Shown here: positions 20,929 to 29,940 of the stretch, one piece after another
Numbering within the stretch: position 1 is the first letter of the stretch
Layout: each line of letters opens with the position of its first letter
DNA from: Gemmatimonadales bacterium
Lineage (GTDB): Bacteria; Gemmatimonadota; Gemmatimonadetes; Gemmatimonadales; GWC2-71-9
DNA length: 64,000 nt
Direction of reading: 5' to 3'
Assembly: GCA_040901965.1 (NCBI GenBank)
Contig: JBBDYB010000009.1
Location: 22,834-86,833, forward strand
Notes under the pieces: model-generated
Databases searched by the model: none
Told to the model about the DNA's origin: nothing
What the model saw: only the letters and a program-made list of their open reading frames with translations
Position numbers and translations under genes: made by a program

Positions 20929-21765
20929 TCATCGACGTGTTGGAGTGCGGAGGATCCGAGACACCAGTTGCCACCACAGATAACCAGCGAGTAGGCGACT
21001 GATCGCATAGGCGAACCGGCCGTTCCCCCTCATCAGGGCGGCACCCAGCAGTCTGGTACTCGCGACCGCAGTATCAGTCATCCGCGCCCACGAATACCGT
21101 CGTACACGCCGTCGTTGCCCGAACACGCTTGTAGTGTGATCCGCCTGTTCCGTCTCGTGATCGAATCCAGGCGTGGTGGAGCACTCGCCAATGAGGAGCC
21201 GGTGACTGCTCGAATTGAGGCAGAATTCGTAGTCCACGCCGTCCACAAAATACGTCGGATTGTGCCAGCCGATCCGGCGCAGGTTTTCGAGGTAAAACAA
21301 GCTCCCGCTGCTGATCGCTACCAGCAAGTCGCGGTGCGCGAAACGATCGGTGGCGGTGGCCTCCCCGACGCGCTTGGCATTGAACATCACGGCGCTATGC
21401 GTCCTACCTACCTCGGGTTTCGTCGCTAGGAACCCGCTGATGAAATCGAGTGTCCTCCGGTCGAACACGGTGTCCTGGTCGAAGAAGAGGAGCGCCGCGA
21501 ACCCGTCGTAGTATGCCTGTGAGCAGACGGATGCCAACCCCACGCCGAGCCCGGCGTTTCTTCCACAGGTGAGGTAACGCGGGGTGGCGAGTTGTCGGCA
21601 GGCATGGCGCACGAGCGCGAGCTCCGGCGAGTTGTCGAATACGTACAACCGGTAGCCCGCCGCGTGCGCCACCTCGAGCCGGCGCACCAGGCTCGGCTTC
21701 GCACCGAACGTGACGAACCCGAGGGCCATCAGAGGCGCCCCCGCCGTTCCGGTGGGCGCACTCAT
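20929..21765 (-). CDS. glycosyltransferase family 2 (rhamnosyltransferase-like)
   Basis: The internal ATG at 21765 (ATGA overlap with wzx) gives ...LYVFDNSPE...LFFDQDT (DxD). The upstream part of track ORF 20929-22017 is Arg/Pro-rich. Confidence 0.75.
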   Translation of the reverse strand: MSAPTGTAGAPLMALGFVTFGAKPSLVRRLEVAHAAGYRLYVFDNSPELALVRHACRQLATPRYLTCGRNAGLGVGLASVCSQAYYDGFAALLFFDQDTVFDRRTLDFISGFLATKPEVGRTHSAVMFNAKRVGEATATDRFAHRDLLVAISSGSLFYLENLRRIGWHNPTYFVDGVDYEFCLNSSSHRLLIGECSTTPGFDHETEQADHTTSVFGQRRRVRRYSWARMTDTAVASTRLLGAALMRGNGRFAYAISRLLAGYLWWQLVSRILRTPTRR

Positions 21766-23075
21766 GTCATCCGGCGCCGCGCGAAGAAACTTAGCAGCGC
21801 GTAATCCCCTGTGCACCGGAGCACCCAGACGATCGCGGCGCCCAGGAGTCCGACGAAATGGACTGCGAGAAAGAGCGCGGGGAGATAGACCACGAACTCG
21901 CCGAGGTGGATGAGGGATGTGGTCTTCACGTCGCCCGTAGCCTGAATCGCCGCGTGGGGTATCTGCGCTAGGCTGTTGAAGAGCACGCCCACGGCCAAAA
22001 CGCTCGCGATCATCCACGACCGCTCGGCGAAGGCCTCACCCACCCACAGCGACAACCCCCAGTCCGACCCCACCGCGATCACGAGGCAAATCGTCGACAT
22101 GCCGACGATGACCAAGCGATGACTACGACGGTACAGCGCCCGCACATCCGCCTTGTCGCGTCGAAACAGGAACGCGAAACGAGGGAAAAGCGCGGTGGTT
22201 AGCGCCGCGGGAAAGATGAGGAGTCGGAGAATGAAGTCGAATGGTACCGTGTAGTAGGCGACGACCGACGCCCCAAGCACGAACGAAATGACGAAACGGT
22301 CCGCCGTGACCATCAGGGGGCTAATCATGTTGGAGGCCGTCATCCACGCGCCGAACCTGAGCAGCGCCTTCGTTCGCTCGAAGGTCAATGGCGCGACGCG
22401 CGCGATCACCACAACAGAGACCCGTCCGTGAATGGCGACGACATGCGCCACGAGGATGAGCAGGCGCGCAACGACGAGGCTTGACACCATGTATGGCAGC
22501 GACGGACCGAGGACCAACACCGTGGTTGCCGGCAGCCCGAAATTCAAGAGGCCGAGCAGTAGGCGCAGGATGCTCGAAACACGAAAATCCTCGTAGCCTT
22601 CAAGAACTCCCTTCAGCCCAGACGTGACCGTTGTGAGCGGAATCCCAACCGCCGCGATGATAAGGCAGCGCGCGGTGATGTCGCGCAATGGGGCGCTCAC
22701 GTTGAGCCAGTGGTAACCCAGTTGATGCGCCGCACCGACGAGCACAATCCCGCCGAGCGCGCCGGTGACGAGCATGAGCTGAAGTCCTATCTTGACCAGT
22801 GCCGGGATTTCGGTCGCCATCCGCTCGGAGCGATGCATCGACACTTGCTGCGTGAGCGCCCGCCCGATGCCGAAGTCGAACACACTGAAATACCCGATCA
22901 GTGACCAAATGAGTGTCAGTATTCCAAACGCCTCGACTCCGATCTGCCGAATGAGGTACGGAATGGTGACGAGTCCTAGCGCCATCGGCGTGAGCGACCC
23001 GATCAGGTTCCAGGCGGCGCTCCTCTTCAGTGACAGGCGCGATGGTACCGCGTTGGCTTGCATCAGCCCTTCCAT
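21762..23075 (-). CDS. wzx: oligosaccharide flippase (MOP/Wzx family)
   Basis: 437-aa polytopic ORF. The N-terminus SAAWNLIGSLTPMALGLVTIPYLIRQIGVEAFGIL is typical of Wzx. An alternative ATG lies at 23063. Confidence 0.8.
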   Translation of the reverse strand: MEGLMQANAVPSRLSLKRSAAWNLIGSLTPMALGLVTIPYLIRQIGVEAFGILTLIWSLIGYFSVFDFGIGRALTQQVSMHRSERMATEIPALVKIGLQLMLVTGALGGIVLVGAAHQLGYHWLNVSAPLRDITARCLIIAAVGIPLTTVTSGLKGVLEGYEDFRVSSILRLLLGLLNFGLPATTVLVLGPSLPYMVSSLVVARLLILVAHVVAIHGRVSVVVIARVAPLTFERTKALLRFGAWMTASNMISPLMVTADRFVISFVLGASVVAYYTVPFDFILRLLIFPAALTTALFPRFAFLFRRDKADVRALYRRSHRLVIVGMSTICLVIAVGSDWGLSLWVGEAFAERSWMIASVLAVGVLFNSLAQIPHAAIQATGDVKTTSLIHLGEFVVYLPALFLAVHFVGLLGAAIVWVLRCTGDYALLSFFARRRMT

Positions 23076-23144
23076 CTCGGGAGACTCGGAGCCCAGTCCG
23101 AGTAATGCGTTGTCTTGCGAACCGTCGGAGCCGACACGAAGCCG

Positions 23145-24485
23145 TCATGTGGGCACGGGAACGGGCGCCGACACTTGCGACGACAGCCGCGCAGCGCGGA
23201 CCAGCGCCGACTCGCTGTTGTAGAACGACATCATCGCGCCCATCACCGTCCACGGCCAAAGATGAATGAAGAAGTCGTACGCGTGCAGGCCGAACACCAC
23301 GGCGAATAGGACCCCAACGCAAATGCCGTTGATCTCACGCGACTTGGCACTCGTTGTCGTCTGGAGGAGCATCTGGAACGGAAACGCCGTCACGAAGCCG
23401 ACGAAGATCAGCCCGACGACGCCGCTCTCGTAGACCCGTGACAACACGAAGCGATGGAAGGAACCGAACGGAACACTCCCGATCCCCTGGCCTAGGATCA
23501 GATCGCTGTGCCTCATCGTCCTGAGCGTTTCGATAAGCAGCTCGTAGTGGCCACTCCCGCTGAGCAGACGTTCAAAGACGCTGACAAGGCCGTAGTAGGA
23601 CAGCAAGACAAAGATTCCGCCTAATACCAGCATGTAGGCGGCTAGCAGCGGAGCGGCACGCTTCTGCCTCTTCACAATCACCACGAGACCGATGGTGAGC
23701 GAGATCAAGGACAGTTTCGAGATGCCGAGAACAATGATGATGAGCGCAGCCAGCTGGAACACGCGGAGCGCCGCCCGACCGCCTCCGGACTTCGGGTGCA
23801 ACAGAAGGCTCAAGAGGAGCACACTGCACACGAAGGTGGAAAAGATGACAGGCTCCGCGAAGGTGGCTGATATGCGTGAGAAGCCTTGTGCTACCACGAA
23901 GTACCGCCCCCCCTCCAGCTCTTCGTAGTGGCCCGCAATGACAAACTGGTCGAAAGGCAGCTCGGAAGGACTGAACTGGTACAGATTGTTGGCCAACTGC
24001 CAGCCGCTCACCAGCATCGGTATGATTGCACTGACGAGATACATGTGCACAAACCGGCGGAACCGATTGGTGTTGAGGTCCGCGACGATCAGTAACACGT
24101 ACAGGATGGAGATCTCGTAGAGGCCGCCGAGTCGGGACACCCAACCCCCCGTTTCAACCTTGAGAGACCAGAAGATCGAGAGCGACGTGTACGCCAGGTA
24201 GGGCGCCAGTCCATACACGAGGAAGCGGTCGCGGAGGAGTAGCGAGGGTTTCGTGAACAACCGAAGCAGGAGGATCGGGATCGACAACACGACCAGCAGG
24301 CGACTGAATCGCAGGCTTATCCCGCCGACCGACACGCCGTATACGACCAGCGGCCCCGTCAGGATGATCGCGTGTACGAACAAGTCGTACACGAACGTCA
24401 GTCTCCGATTCGCGTGCCCGGCGCTTACGCTCAGCGATGCATCGCCGATGGACTCCAGCGCCGGAGGAGAGGGAAGCTCCGTCAT
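23145..24485 (-). CDS. wzy: O-antigen polymerase/ligase-like membrane protein
   Basis: 446-aa ORF with about 10-12 hydrophobic segments and lower G+C, positioned between wzx and wzz. Family inferred from context and topology only. Confidence 0.6.
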   Translation of the reverse strand: MTELPSPPALESIGDASLSVSAGHANRRLTFVYDLFVHAIILTGPLVVYGVSVGGISLRFSRLLVVLSIPILLLRLFTKPSLLLRDRFLVYGLAPYLAYTSLSIFWSLKVETGGWVSRLGGLYEISILYVLLIVADLNTNRFRRFVHMYLVSAIIPMLVSGWQLANNLYQFSPSELPFDQFVIAGHYEELEGGRYFVVAQGFSRISATFAEPVIFSTFVCSVLLLSLLLHPKSGGGRAALRVFQLAALIIIVLGISKLSLISLTIGLVVIVKRQKRAAPLLAAYMLVLGGIFVLLSYYGLVSVFERLLSGSGHYELLIETLRTMRHSDLILGQGIGSVPFGSFHRFVLSRVYESGVVGLIFVGFVTAFPFQMLLQTTTSAKSREINGICVGVLFAVVFGLHAYDFFIHLWPWTVMGAMMSFYNSESALVRAARLSSQVSAPVPVPT

Positions 24486-24894
24486 CAGACTATCTCGGGG
24501 AACGTATTGGGATCACTCGGATCGAACACATCAATTGATCCAGGGGCGGTGAACAGCTCGGTTTGGCCAACTTTACCGAGGTTCTCCGCATACCGGATCG
24601 GCATGTCCACTTATGAAGCCCATAACCCGTCGAGCTGGAGCTCAGGCACGTCTCCCCGAACGGTCTATTTCGAAACTGGATGACCGCGCGCCCCCCGATC
24701 ACAACGAACCGCTCGATCCGTCGAGTGTGAAGAAGTCTCGCATCTATCGTTGCTCCGTAGAGGTGAGCTCGAACACTCTGATGAATGACTCGCCTCGTCC
24801 CCACCGAAGGCCGCCAGACGATGGCCTGAGTGAAGGCCGCACCGGAAATGAGGGTCAGCGAGTCCTTGCGGAGAGAACTCCCAACAACAGATGC
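24485..24894 (-). pseudogene. decayed CapF/WbjC-type C-terminal cupin domain
   Basis: HTRRIERFVVIGGRAVIQFRN reads in one frame and GDVPELQLDGLWAS*VDMPIRYAENLGKVGQTELFTAPGSIDVFDPSDPNTFPEIV* in another. There is one frameshift near 24655-24665 and an in-frame TAA at 24613-24611. The final stop overlaps the wzy ATG. Confidence 0.55.
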
Positions 24895-24979
24895 TCGCTC
24901 TGACTCAATGGCTTCACGATCTATTGACATGCCTGGCGACAACCGGGAACGGCGGAGCGCCGCTGTCCACCATCGACGG

Positions 24980-26038
24980 TCATTGGCGGGCTCGGCGGAG
25001 ACGCTTCCACTCACTGGCAAGAAGTGTGATGGCCGCGTCATCCCCCTCGTCTCTCCGACGAGAGATCGCATCCCGAACCAGCACCCAGCTGATAGCCAGG
25101 AAGAGAGACACTAAGAGGGCGGCGGCCAGCATCACAACGCGCCTCCGCGGATCGGCGCGCGCAGCGATCGCCGGTCGCTCGATCACCGTGATAACCGGAG
25201 TATCACGTACCTCCCGGATGCGCGCGTCTTCGTACTGCTGCACCAGGCCTGTCACGATCTGCTGCTGCAGGGTCACGTCACGATCCAGACGGTCACGCTG
25301 GAACGTGAGCTGAGGTGAGTTCGCGATCTGACGGTTTGCTTGCAGGAACCTCTGTAACGCGTCCTCCGCGGCGCGCAGCGACGCACGGGCCTCCTCGAGC
25401 CGGCCCTCCACAAACCTGCGCTCGGCAGCAGCCTGACTCCGCCTGGTGTTGAGGTTGAACTGGTTCAGCCCGGCGAGCAATCGGTCGGCGATGCCCAACG
25501 AGACCCGCGCGGACCTCGTGCGCACATTCACGGTCACGACGCCCGTGGTACGGGTCGCGACATTCGAAGCGATGACTTTCTCGCGCAAAGTACGCATCGT
25601 GTTGTCGAGAACCACGGCCTCGGTCGACCCGGAAACACCGAAGAACTCGGGGAGCCTCATCCAGAGCGAAGGGGCATCTGAGAGTGAAAAGCTGTCTGCC
25701 GCTACCGGCGCGAGGATTTCGCGGGTGCGGAGCAGATCGGCATAGAACTGGGGAGACTGCGCCGGCCCGGTCATCGCTCCCAGTGACAGGCCGAACTGTC
25801 CGGCCAGGCTCGCCAACCCCGCTCGACCTGGGTCCTGAGTCACCTGCGGCACGAACGAGAAGGTACTGGTGTACGTCGGCGCTCGCAGAAGCGCAACGAC
25901 TAGGGCTAAGGCCATCCCAACGCCAGTGACGACGAGAATGGTCCGACGCTCACGCAGCAGCACCGCCAGGATCCAGAGCACGGAGATCTCGTCGTCGCCG
26001 TGGTGGGCTGGCCCAGGACCGGTGGACAGTTGTGTCAT
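24980..26038 (-). CDS. wzz: chain-length determinant (Wzz/GNVR family)
   Basis: The internal ATG at 26038 gives MTQLSTGP.... There are two terminal TM segments, a coiled-coil middle region, and ...RIREVRDTPVITVIERPA. Confidence 0.75.
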   Translation of the reverse strand: MTQLSTGPGPAHHGDDEISVLWILAVLLRERRTILVVTGVGMALALVVALLRAPTYTSTFSFVPQVTQDPGRAGLASLAGQFGLSLGAMTGPAQSPQFYADLLRTREILAPVAADSFSLSDAPSLWMRLPEFFGVSGSTEAVVLDNTMRTLREKVIASNVATRTTGVVTVNVRTRSARVSLGIADRLLAGLNQFNLNTRRSQAAAERRFVEGRLEEARASLRAAEDALQRFLQANRQIANSPQLTFQRDRLDRDVTLQQQIVTGLVQQYEDARIREVRDTPVITVIERPAIAARADPRRRVVMLAAALLVSLFLAISWVLVRDAISRRRDEGDDAAITLLASEWKRLRRARQ

Positions 26039-26042
26039 GGTT

Positions 26043-26642
26043 TTAGAGCTCCCATACCTCGACGGAGGAACGCAGGGAGACATCCATCTTGAGCTGAATC
26101 TCACCGGCGTGGCGAAGCGTCGTGATCAGAACTGCATCCGGTTCCAGTTCATTGATCGCACTTGGAGGCTCTACGGTCAGTTCGCCCTTGCGCTGGCCGT
26201 GCTTCGTCGAATCGTCGTCCACCACTCCGACCACCTGAAGCCCCACGTCGCTGGCAACGCGGGAGGTCGCTTCCATGACGTCGTCAGCCCCGTAGAAAAC
26301 AACGCGCTCGACGCCCCGAGTCTTCAACTCGGACAGGGCGGATCGAATCCGCAGCTCAAATCTCCGCAAGCTGCCCAGAATCCACGAATAGTGCTCCAGG
26401 CCCAACCGCCTCACGTATCGCTGACCGACATCCGTAACCTTGTACGCGAACGGCCGCACCCCGCGATTGGACACCCGAACGTAGCCGGCTTCGACCATAT
26501 CGCCGAGAAGACGGTTGACCGTCCCGACGGCGACGCCGAGCCGGCGCGCCAGGGCCCGCTGTGAGATGTTGGAGCCCCGCTGGAGTTCGAGGATCAGCAG
26601 CTGCCGGAGCTCAGCGCTCGGAGGCTGATCGACACGCTTCAG
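26043..26642 (-). CDS. winged-helix DNA-binding protein with C-terminal Rossmann-like domain (start unresolved)
   Basis: The track ORF is 26043-26498. The in-frame upstream sequence encodes AELRQLLILELQRGSNISQRALARRLGVAVGTVNRLLGDMVEAGYV, a wHTH, but has no ATG, GTG or TTG back to the TGA at about 26735. The only candidate start is CTG at 26642. Confidence 0.45.
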   Translation of the reverse strand: MKRVDQPPSAELRQLLILELQRGSNISQRALARRLGVAVGTVNRLLGDMVEAGYVRVSNRGVRPFAYKVTDVGQRYVRRLGLEHYSWILGSLRRFELRIRSALSELKTRGVERVVFYGADDVMEATSRVASDVGLQVVGVVDDDSTKHGQRKGELTVEPPSAINELEPDAVLITTLRHAGEIQLKMDVSLRSSVEVWEL

Positions 26643-26921
26643 AAAAGGCGCTCCACGCGGACACTCACACCGTGAACCCTCGTTCGAGCGCGGAACATCG
26701 TGGCCCCATAAATAGCCTCGTCATGTCGGAAAGGAATCGGCTTCGCTTGGGGGTGAATCAGACCGTCGTGGACTGTTCGAATCAGGAGGCGCCCCTAGAT
26801 ACACCTTGGTCCTGTCAGTTACAGGGCGCATCTGACGAAGCCCACTGCTACCGGCAAGTCGCCGGCACACTCACATCTCCTGCTCTCGATCCCGGCCGCC
26901 AAACCGGCCGCGATCGATTCC

Positions 26922-27467
26922 TCACCCTGCCGCAGCTCGCAGCATCTCCCGCGGCAGCTCGACACTCAGCGCCTTCCGCAGCGCCGTCAGGCGAATCACG
27001 ACTCTAGCGCGACCACGGTCCTCCACGAGCACGCCGCGTATCCCGCTGAACGGGCCATGGGCGACGATGACTTCCTGCCCCGTTTCGAGGAACTCCGCGG
27101 GCTCGGGTGGCGCGTTCCCGGCGTTGACGTACGAAACCAGTACGCGGATGGACTCCAGCTCCTCAACCCGCACCGGCGCTAGATTCCCATCATTGCGAAC
27201 GATCGTGACAACGCCCGGTGTCCCGAGCACGTCGTGGACCATCGCCAGGCTGAACTGAGCAAACACGTACCCGGGAAACAACGGAAACCCGACGCGTTTC
27301 GTCCGGTCCGACCACTGGCGTTCCCGCTCGAGCAACGGCACGTACGACTCCACGCCACGGAGTCTGAGCAGTTGCCCCGCGCGCTTCTCAGCCCGCGGCC
27401 GCGTGCGGCACGCGTACCAGCGACACGTGTGGTACGCGTCGGGGGCCTTGGGGGCTCCGGCGATCAA
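26922..27467 (-). CDS. specialised NusG paralog (RfaH/UpxY/LoaP-like antiterminator)
   Basis: NGN domain WYACRTRPRAEKRAGQLLRLRGVESYVPL and KOW motif GQEVIVAHGPFSGIRGVLVE. ATGA overlap with the capD-like stop. Confidence 0.8.
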   Translation of the reverse strand: MIAGAPKAPDAYHTCRWYACRTRPRAEKRAGQLLRLRGVESYVPLLERERQWSDRTKRVGFPLFPGYVFAQFSLAMVHDVLGTPGVVTIVRNDGNLAPVRVEELESIRVLVSYVNAGNAPPEPAEFLETGQEVIVAHGPFSGIRGVLVEDRGRARVVIRLTALRKALSVELPREMLRAAAG

Positions 27468-29560
27468 AAGCCGCTCACCGCCTGCTGTCCCGACGACCGT
27501 TGAGCCGGCACGCGACGCGGCCGCTCGCGTGGGACGACCGCGTGCACGCCATTCGTGAGCCCAACGCTCTCCTCCAGGACCTGGTGCAACAGAATTGGGT
27601 CGTCCTTCTCGACGAGCTCACGGATCAGCGGTACCAAGTTTCGCATGCCGCCTAGCGGCCCCCCCACCTCGCCCAACATGATCTGCGGATGGCTGCTCGG
27701 CTTCGCATTCCCCGAATCCCACCACAGCTCCTCGTGCAGCTTCTCGCCCGGGCGCAACCCCGTCTCGACAATCTCGATGTCCGCGCCCGGCCGCAGGCCG
27801 CTCAGCCGGATGAGTCGCTCCGCCAGATCCCAGATGCGCACCGGCGTCCCCATGTCGAGCAACGCCACTTTTCCGGCCGACTCGGGGAGCGCCACCGACT
27901 GGAGCACGAGCTGCGCGGCCTCGGGCGTCGTCATGAAGTAACGCGTCGCCTCGCGACTCGTCACCGTCACCGGCCCGCCCGCGGCGATCTGGCGCTGGAA
28001 CAGCGGCACCACGCTGCCGTTCGAGCCGAGCACGTTGCCGAACCGCACGATCACACCCTTCATCCCGTTCGCGCGCGTCGCCTCGGCGACGAGCAATTCG
28101 GCAAACCGCTTCGTCGCTCCCATCACGCTCGAGGGCCGCACCGCCTTGTCAGTCGAGATCAACACGAACTTGCCGGCACCGGCCGACCGCGCCGCCTCGA
28201 GCGTCGTCCACGTCCCCAGGATGTTGTTCTCCACCGCCTCGGCAAGATGGAACTCCATCAACGGGACGTGCTTGAATGCCGCGGCGTGGAACACGTGCGT
28301 CGGCTGCACTTCCTTCATGATCCGCGTCATCCGCCGCTGGTCGCGCACGTCCTGGATGACATCGACGAGCGGCGCCTTCGGCTCCCGGCGACCCAGCTCC
28401 TCGCACAGGAAGTACAGATCGTTCTCGTTGCGGTCGATGAGATAGAGAATCGCCGGCTCGAGCTTCACGAGCTGACGCACCAGCTCCGAGCCGATTGAAC
28501 CCGCCGCCCCTGTGATCACAATCCGCGCGCCCTGGAACTCGGCGCGCAGCTCGCCGACGTACAGGTCCACCTGTGCGCGGCCCAGCAGGTCGCTCGGCTG
28601 CACGTCGCGCAACGTGCTCGGACCCGAGCGGCCACTGAGCACGTCCTCAGGGTCGGGCGCGATCCGGAACGGCAGGCGCGTCGCGACGCAGGCGTCCACC
28701 ACCCGGCCCATCTGATCGCCCGTCGCCGAAGGGATCGCGATCACGATCTCGTCCGCGCTGTACTTCTGCGCGATGCTCGTCAATTGCGCCACGGGCCCGG
28801 CGATCGGAGCGCCGTGCAGCCGGCTGCCCTGCTTGTTGGGATCGTCGTCCACCACGGCGACCGGCTCCATGAGGAGCTTCGGGCTCCAGAGCATGCTCTT
28901 GATCAGCGCTGCTCCCGATTCCCCCGCCCCCACGACGACCGCCCGCCGCCGCCTGGTGCCGTTGCCGGCGGTGACCCGCCGCTCCCATTCGTGCAGCGAG
29001 CGGACTGCCAGCCGGGACCCGTCGGACAAGAGCAAGTAGATCATCGTGTCCGCGCCGACCAGCCGCAGGTTGGCCGCGGTGATATCCAACCAGGAGAGGA
29101 TCGCGAAGCCGAGCGCGCCCGCGAGCAGCGCCGAGCGTGCGATGACCGCGGCGTCGCGCACGCCCACGTAGCGCCAGCGGCCCATGAACGAGCCGGTCGC
29201 GACGCCGACCGTCAGCTTGGTCCCGATGAGGACGAGTCCGGCGAAGATCAGCTCGGGACGCCAGCGCCAGTACTCGCCCGAGTAGATGATCGCGATCGCC
29301 GCGAGGGCCGACGCGAGCGCGAGCGTCAGCTCGGCACCCGCGACGGTCACGCCACGCCACGTGTGGTGCGCCGCAAGTCTATCGAGGGTTCGGGCCGCGC
29401 GCAGCGAGACCGCGCGGAGAGTCGCCGAGGGCTGGTGCTGCGCCGCACGGGACGGACCTGCCGTGGAGGAAGACTCCTGTCGGATCTCGCTGGGCAAGGG
29501 CTCCACGGCGATCCCGTTTCTCCCACACGCTAGAGTTGTGGCACCGGACAACAGCGGCAC
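27464..29560 (-). CDS. membrane-bound nucleotide-sugar 4,6-dehydratase/epimerase (CapD/WbpM/PglF family)
   Basis: N-terminal TM region, two Rossmann motifs (VVGAGESGA, ITGAAGSIGSEL) and FVLISTDKAVRPSSVMGATKR. Confidence 0.9.
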   Translation of the reverse strand: MPLLSGATTLACGRNGIAVEPLPSEIRQESSSTAGPSRAAQHQPSATLRAVSLRAARTLDRLAAHHTWRGVTVAGAELTLALASALAAIAIIYSGEYWRWRPELIFAGLVLIGTKLTVGVATGSFMGRWRYVGVRDAAVIARSALLAGALGFAILSWLDITAANLRLVGADTMIYLLLSDGSRLAVRSLHEWERRVTAGNGTRRRRAVVVGAGESGAALIKSMLWSPKLLMEPVAVVDDDPNKQGSRLHGAPIAGPVAQLTSIAQKYSADEIVIAIPSATGDQMGRVVDACVATRLPFRIAPDPEDVLSGRSGPSTLRDVQPSDLLGRAQVDLYVGELRAEFQGARIVITGAAGSIGSELVRQLVKLEPAILYLIDRNENDLYFLCEELGRREPKAPLVDVIQDVRDQRRMTRIMKEVQPTHVFHAAAFKHVPLMEFHLAEAVENNILGTWTTLEAARSAGAGKFVLISTDKAVRPSSVMGATKRFAELLVAEATRANGMKGVIVRFGNVLGSNGSVVPLFQRQIAAGGPVTVTSREATRYFMTTPEAAQLVLQSVALPESAGKVALLDMGTPVRIWDLAERLIRLSGLRPGADIEIVETGLRPGEKLHEELWWDSGNAKPSSHPQIMLGEVGGPLGGMRNLVPLIRELVEKDDPILLHQVLEESVGLTNGVHAVVPRERPRRVPAQRSSGQQAVSGF

Positions 29561-29764
29561 GCTCTCGCCGCCTCCGAGGGACGGTTAATGTACGCGCCCT
29601 AGAAGGACTTGACTAGAGTGACCGCGGCCAGCTTTCGTACCCGGAATCGTAGCGCCGTGCGATCACGGGACGGTCACGCGAATGGGACAAGCAGCCACTT
29701 TCGCGCTCGGCGCCGGGTAGGGTCGGAGCCACCCTGGCCGGGCTGGCTATCATCGCCAACCTAC

Positions 29765-29830
29765 GCCCCGGCGGCGAACCCGAGCGTGGGCGACATCGCC
29801 CGTGATACGATCAGCACCGCCATGGGCGCG
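29765..29830 (+). pseudogene. C-terminal VanZ-like gene fragment
   Basis: ccgagcgtgggcgacat...acgatcagcaccgccat (PSVGDIARDTISTAMG) is near-identical at nucleotide level to 34428-34480 of the intact VanZ-like gene. No ORF context surrounds it. Confidence 0.5.
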
Positions 29831-29904
29831 CGTTCTGGGCCCCGCACCGCAGCGATTCGATGACGCGCCCAGCGTCGCCGCTCGCTACGCTGGCCCGCCT
29901 TCCC

Positions 29905-29934
29905 TTGCAGGGGACCACGGGTGTGACGTATTAT
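29905..29934 (+). promoter_or_regulatory. sigma70-like promoter TTGCAG-N18-TATTAT; mazE likely leaderless
   Basis: The hexamers were read directly. The -10 hexamer ends 6 nt before the mazE ATG at 29941 and there is no SD. Confidence 0.45.
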
Positions 29935-29940
29935 CATACC

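Noticed and set aside
24490-25071. Track ORF 24490-25071(-) considered as an intact 193-aa gene.
   Set aside because: Only its central part carries cupin-like sequence. The remainder of the domain continues in another frame with an internal stop, so it is called a pseudogene.
26775-26800. tRNA-like T-loop string GTTCGAATC.
   Set aside because: The flanking bases do not form a T-stem, and no acceptor or anticodon arms could be drawn.
29561-29760. RfaH-type ops/JUMPstart element (GGCGGTAG) in the leader of the capD-like operon.
   Set aside because: No match was seen on the minus strand by eye. The nearest string, CTACGCCCC, does not fit.
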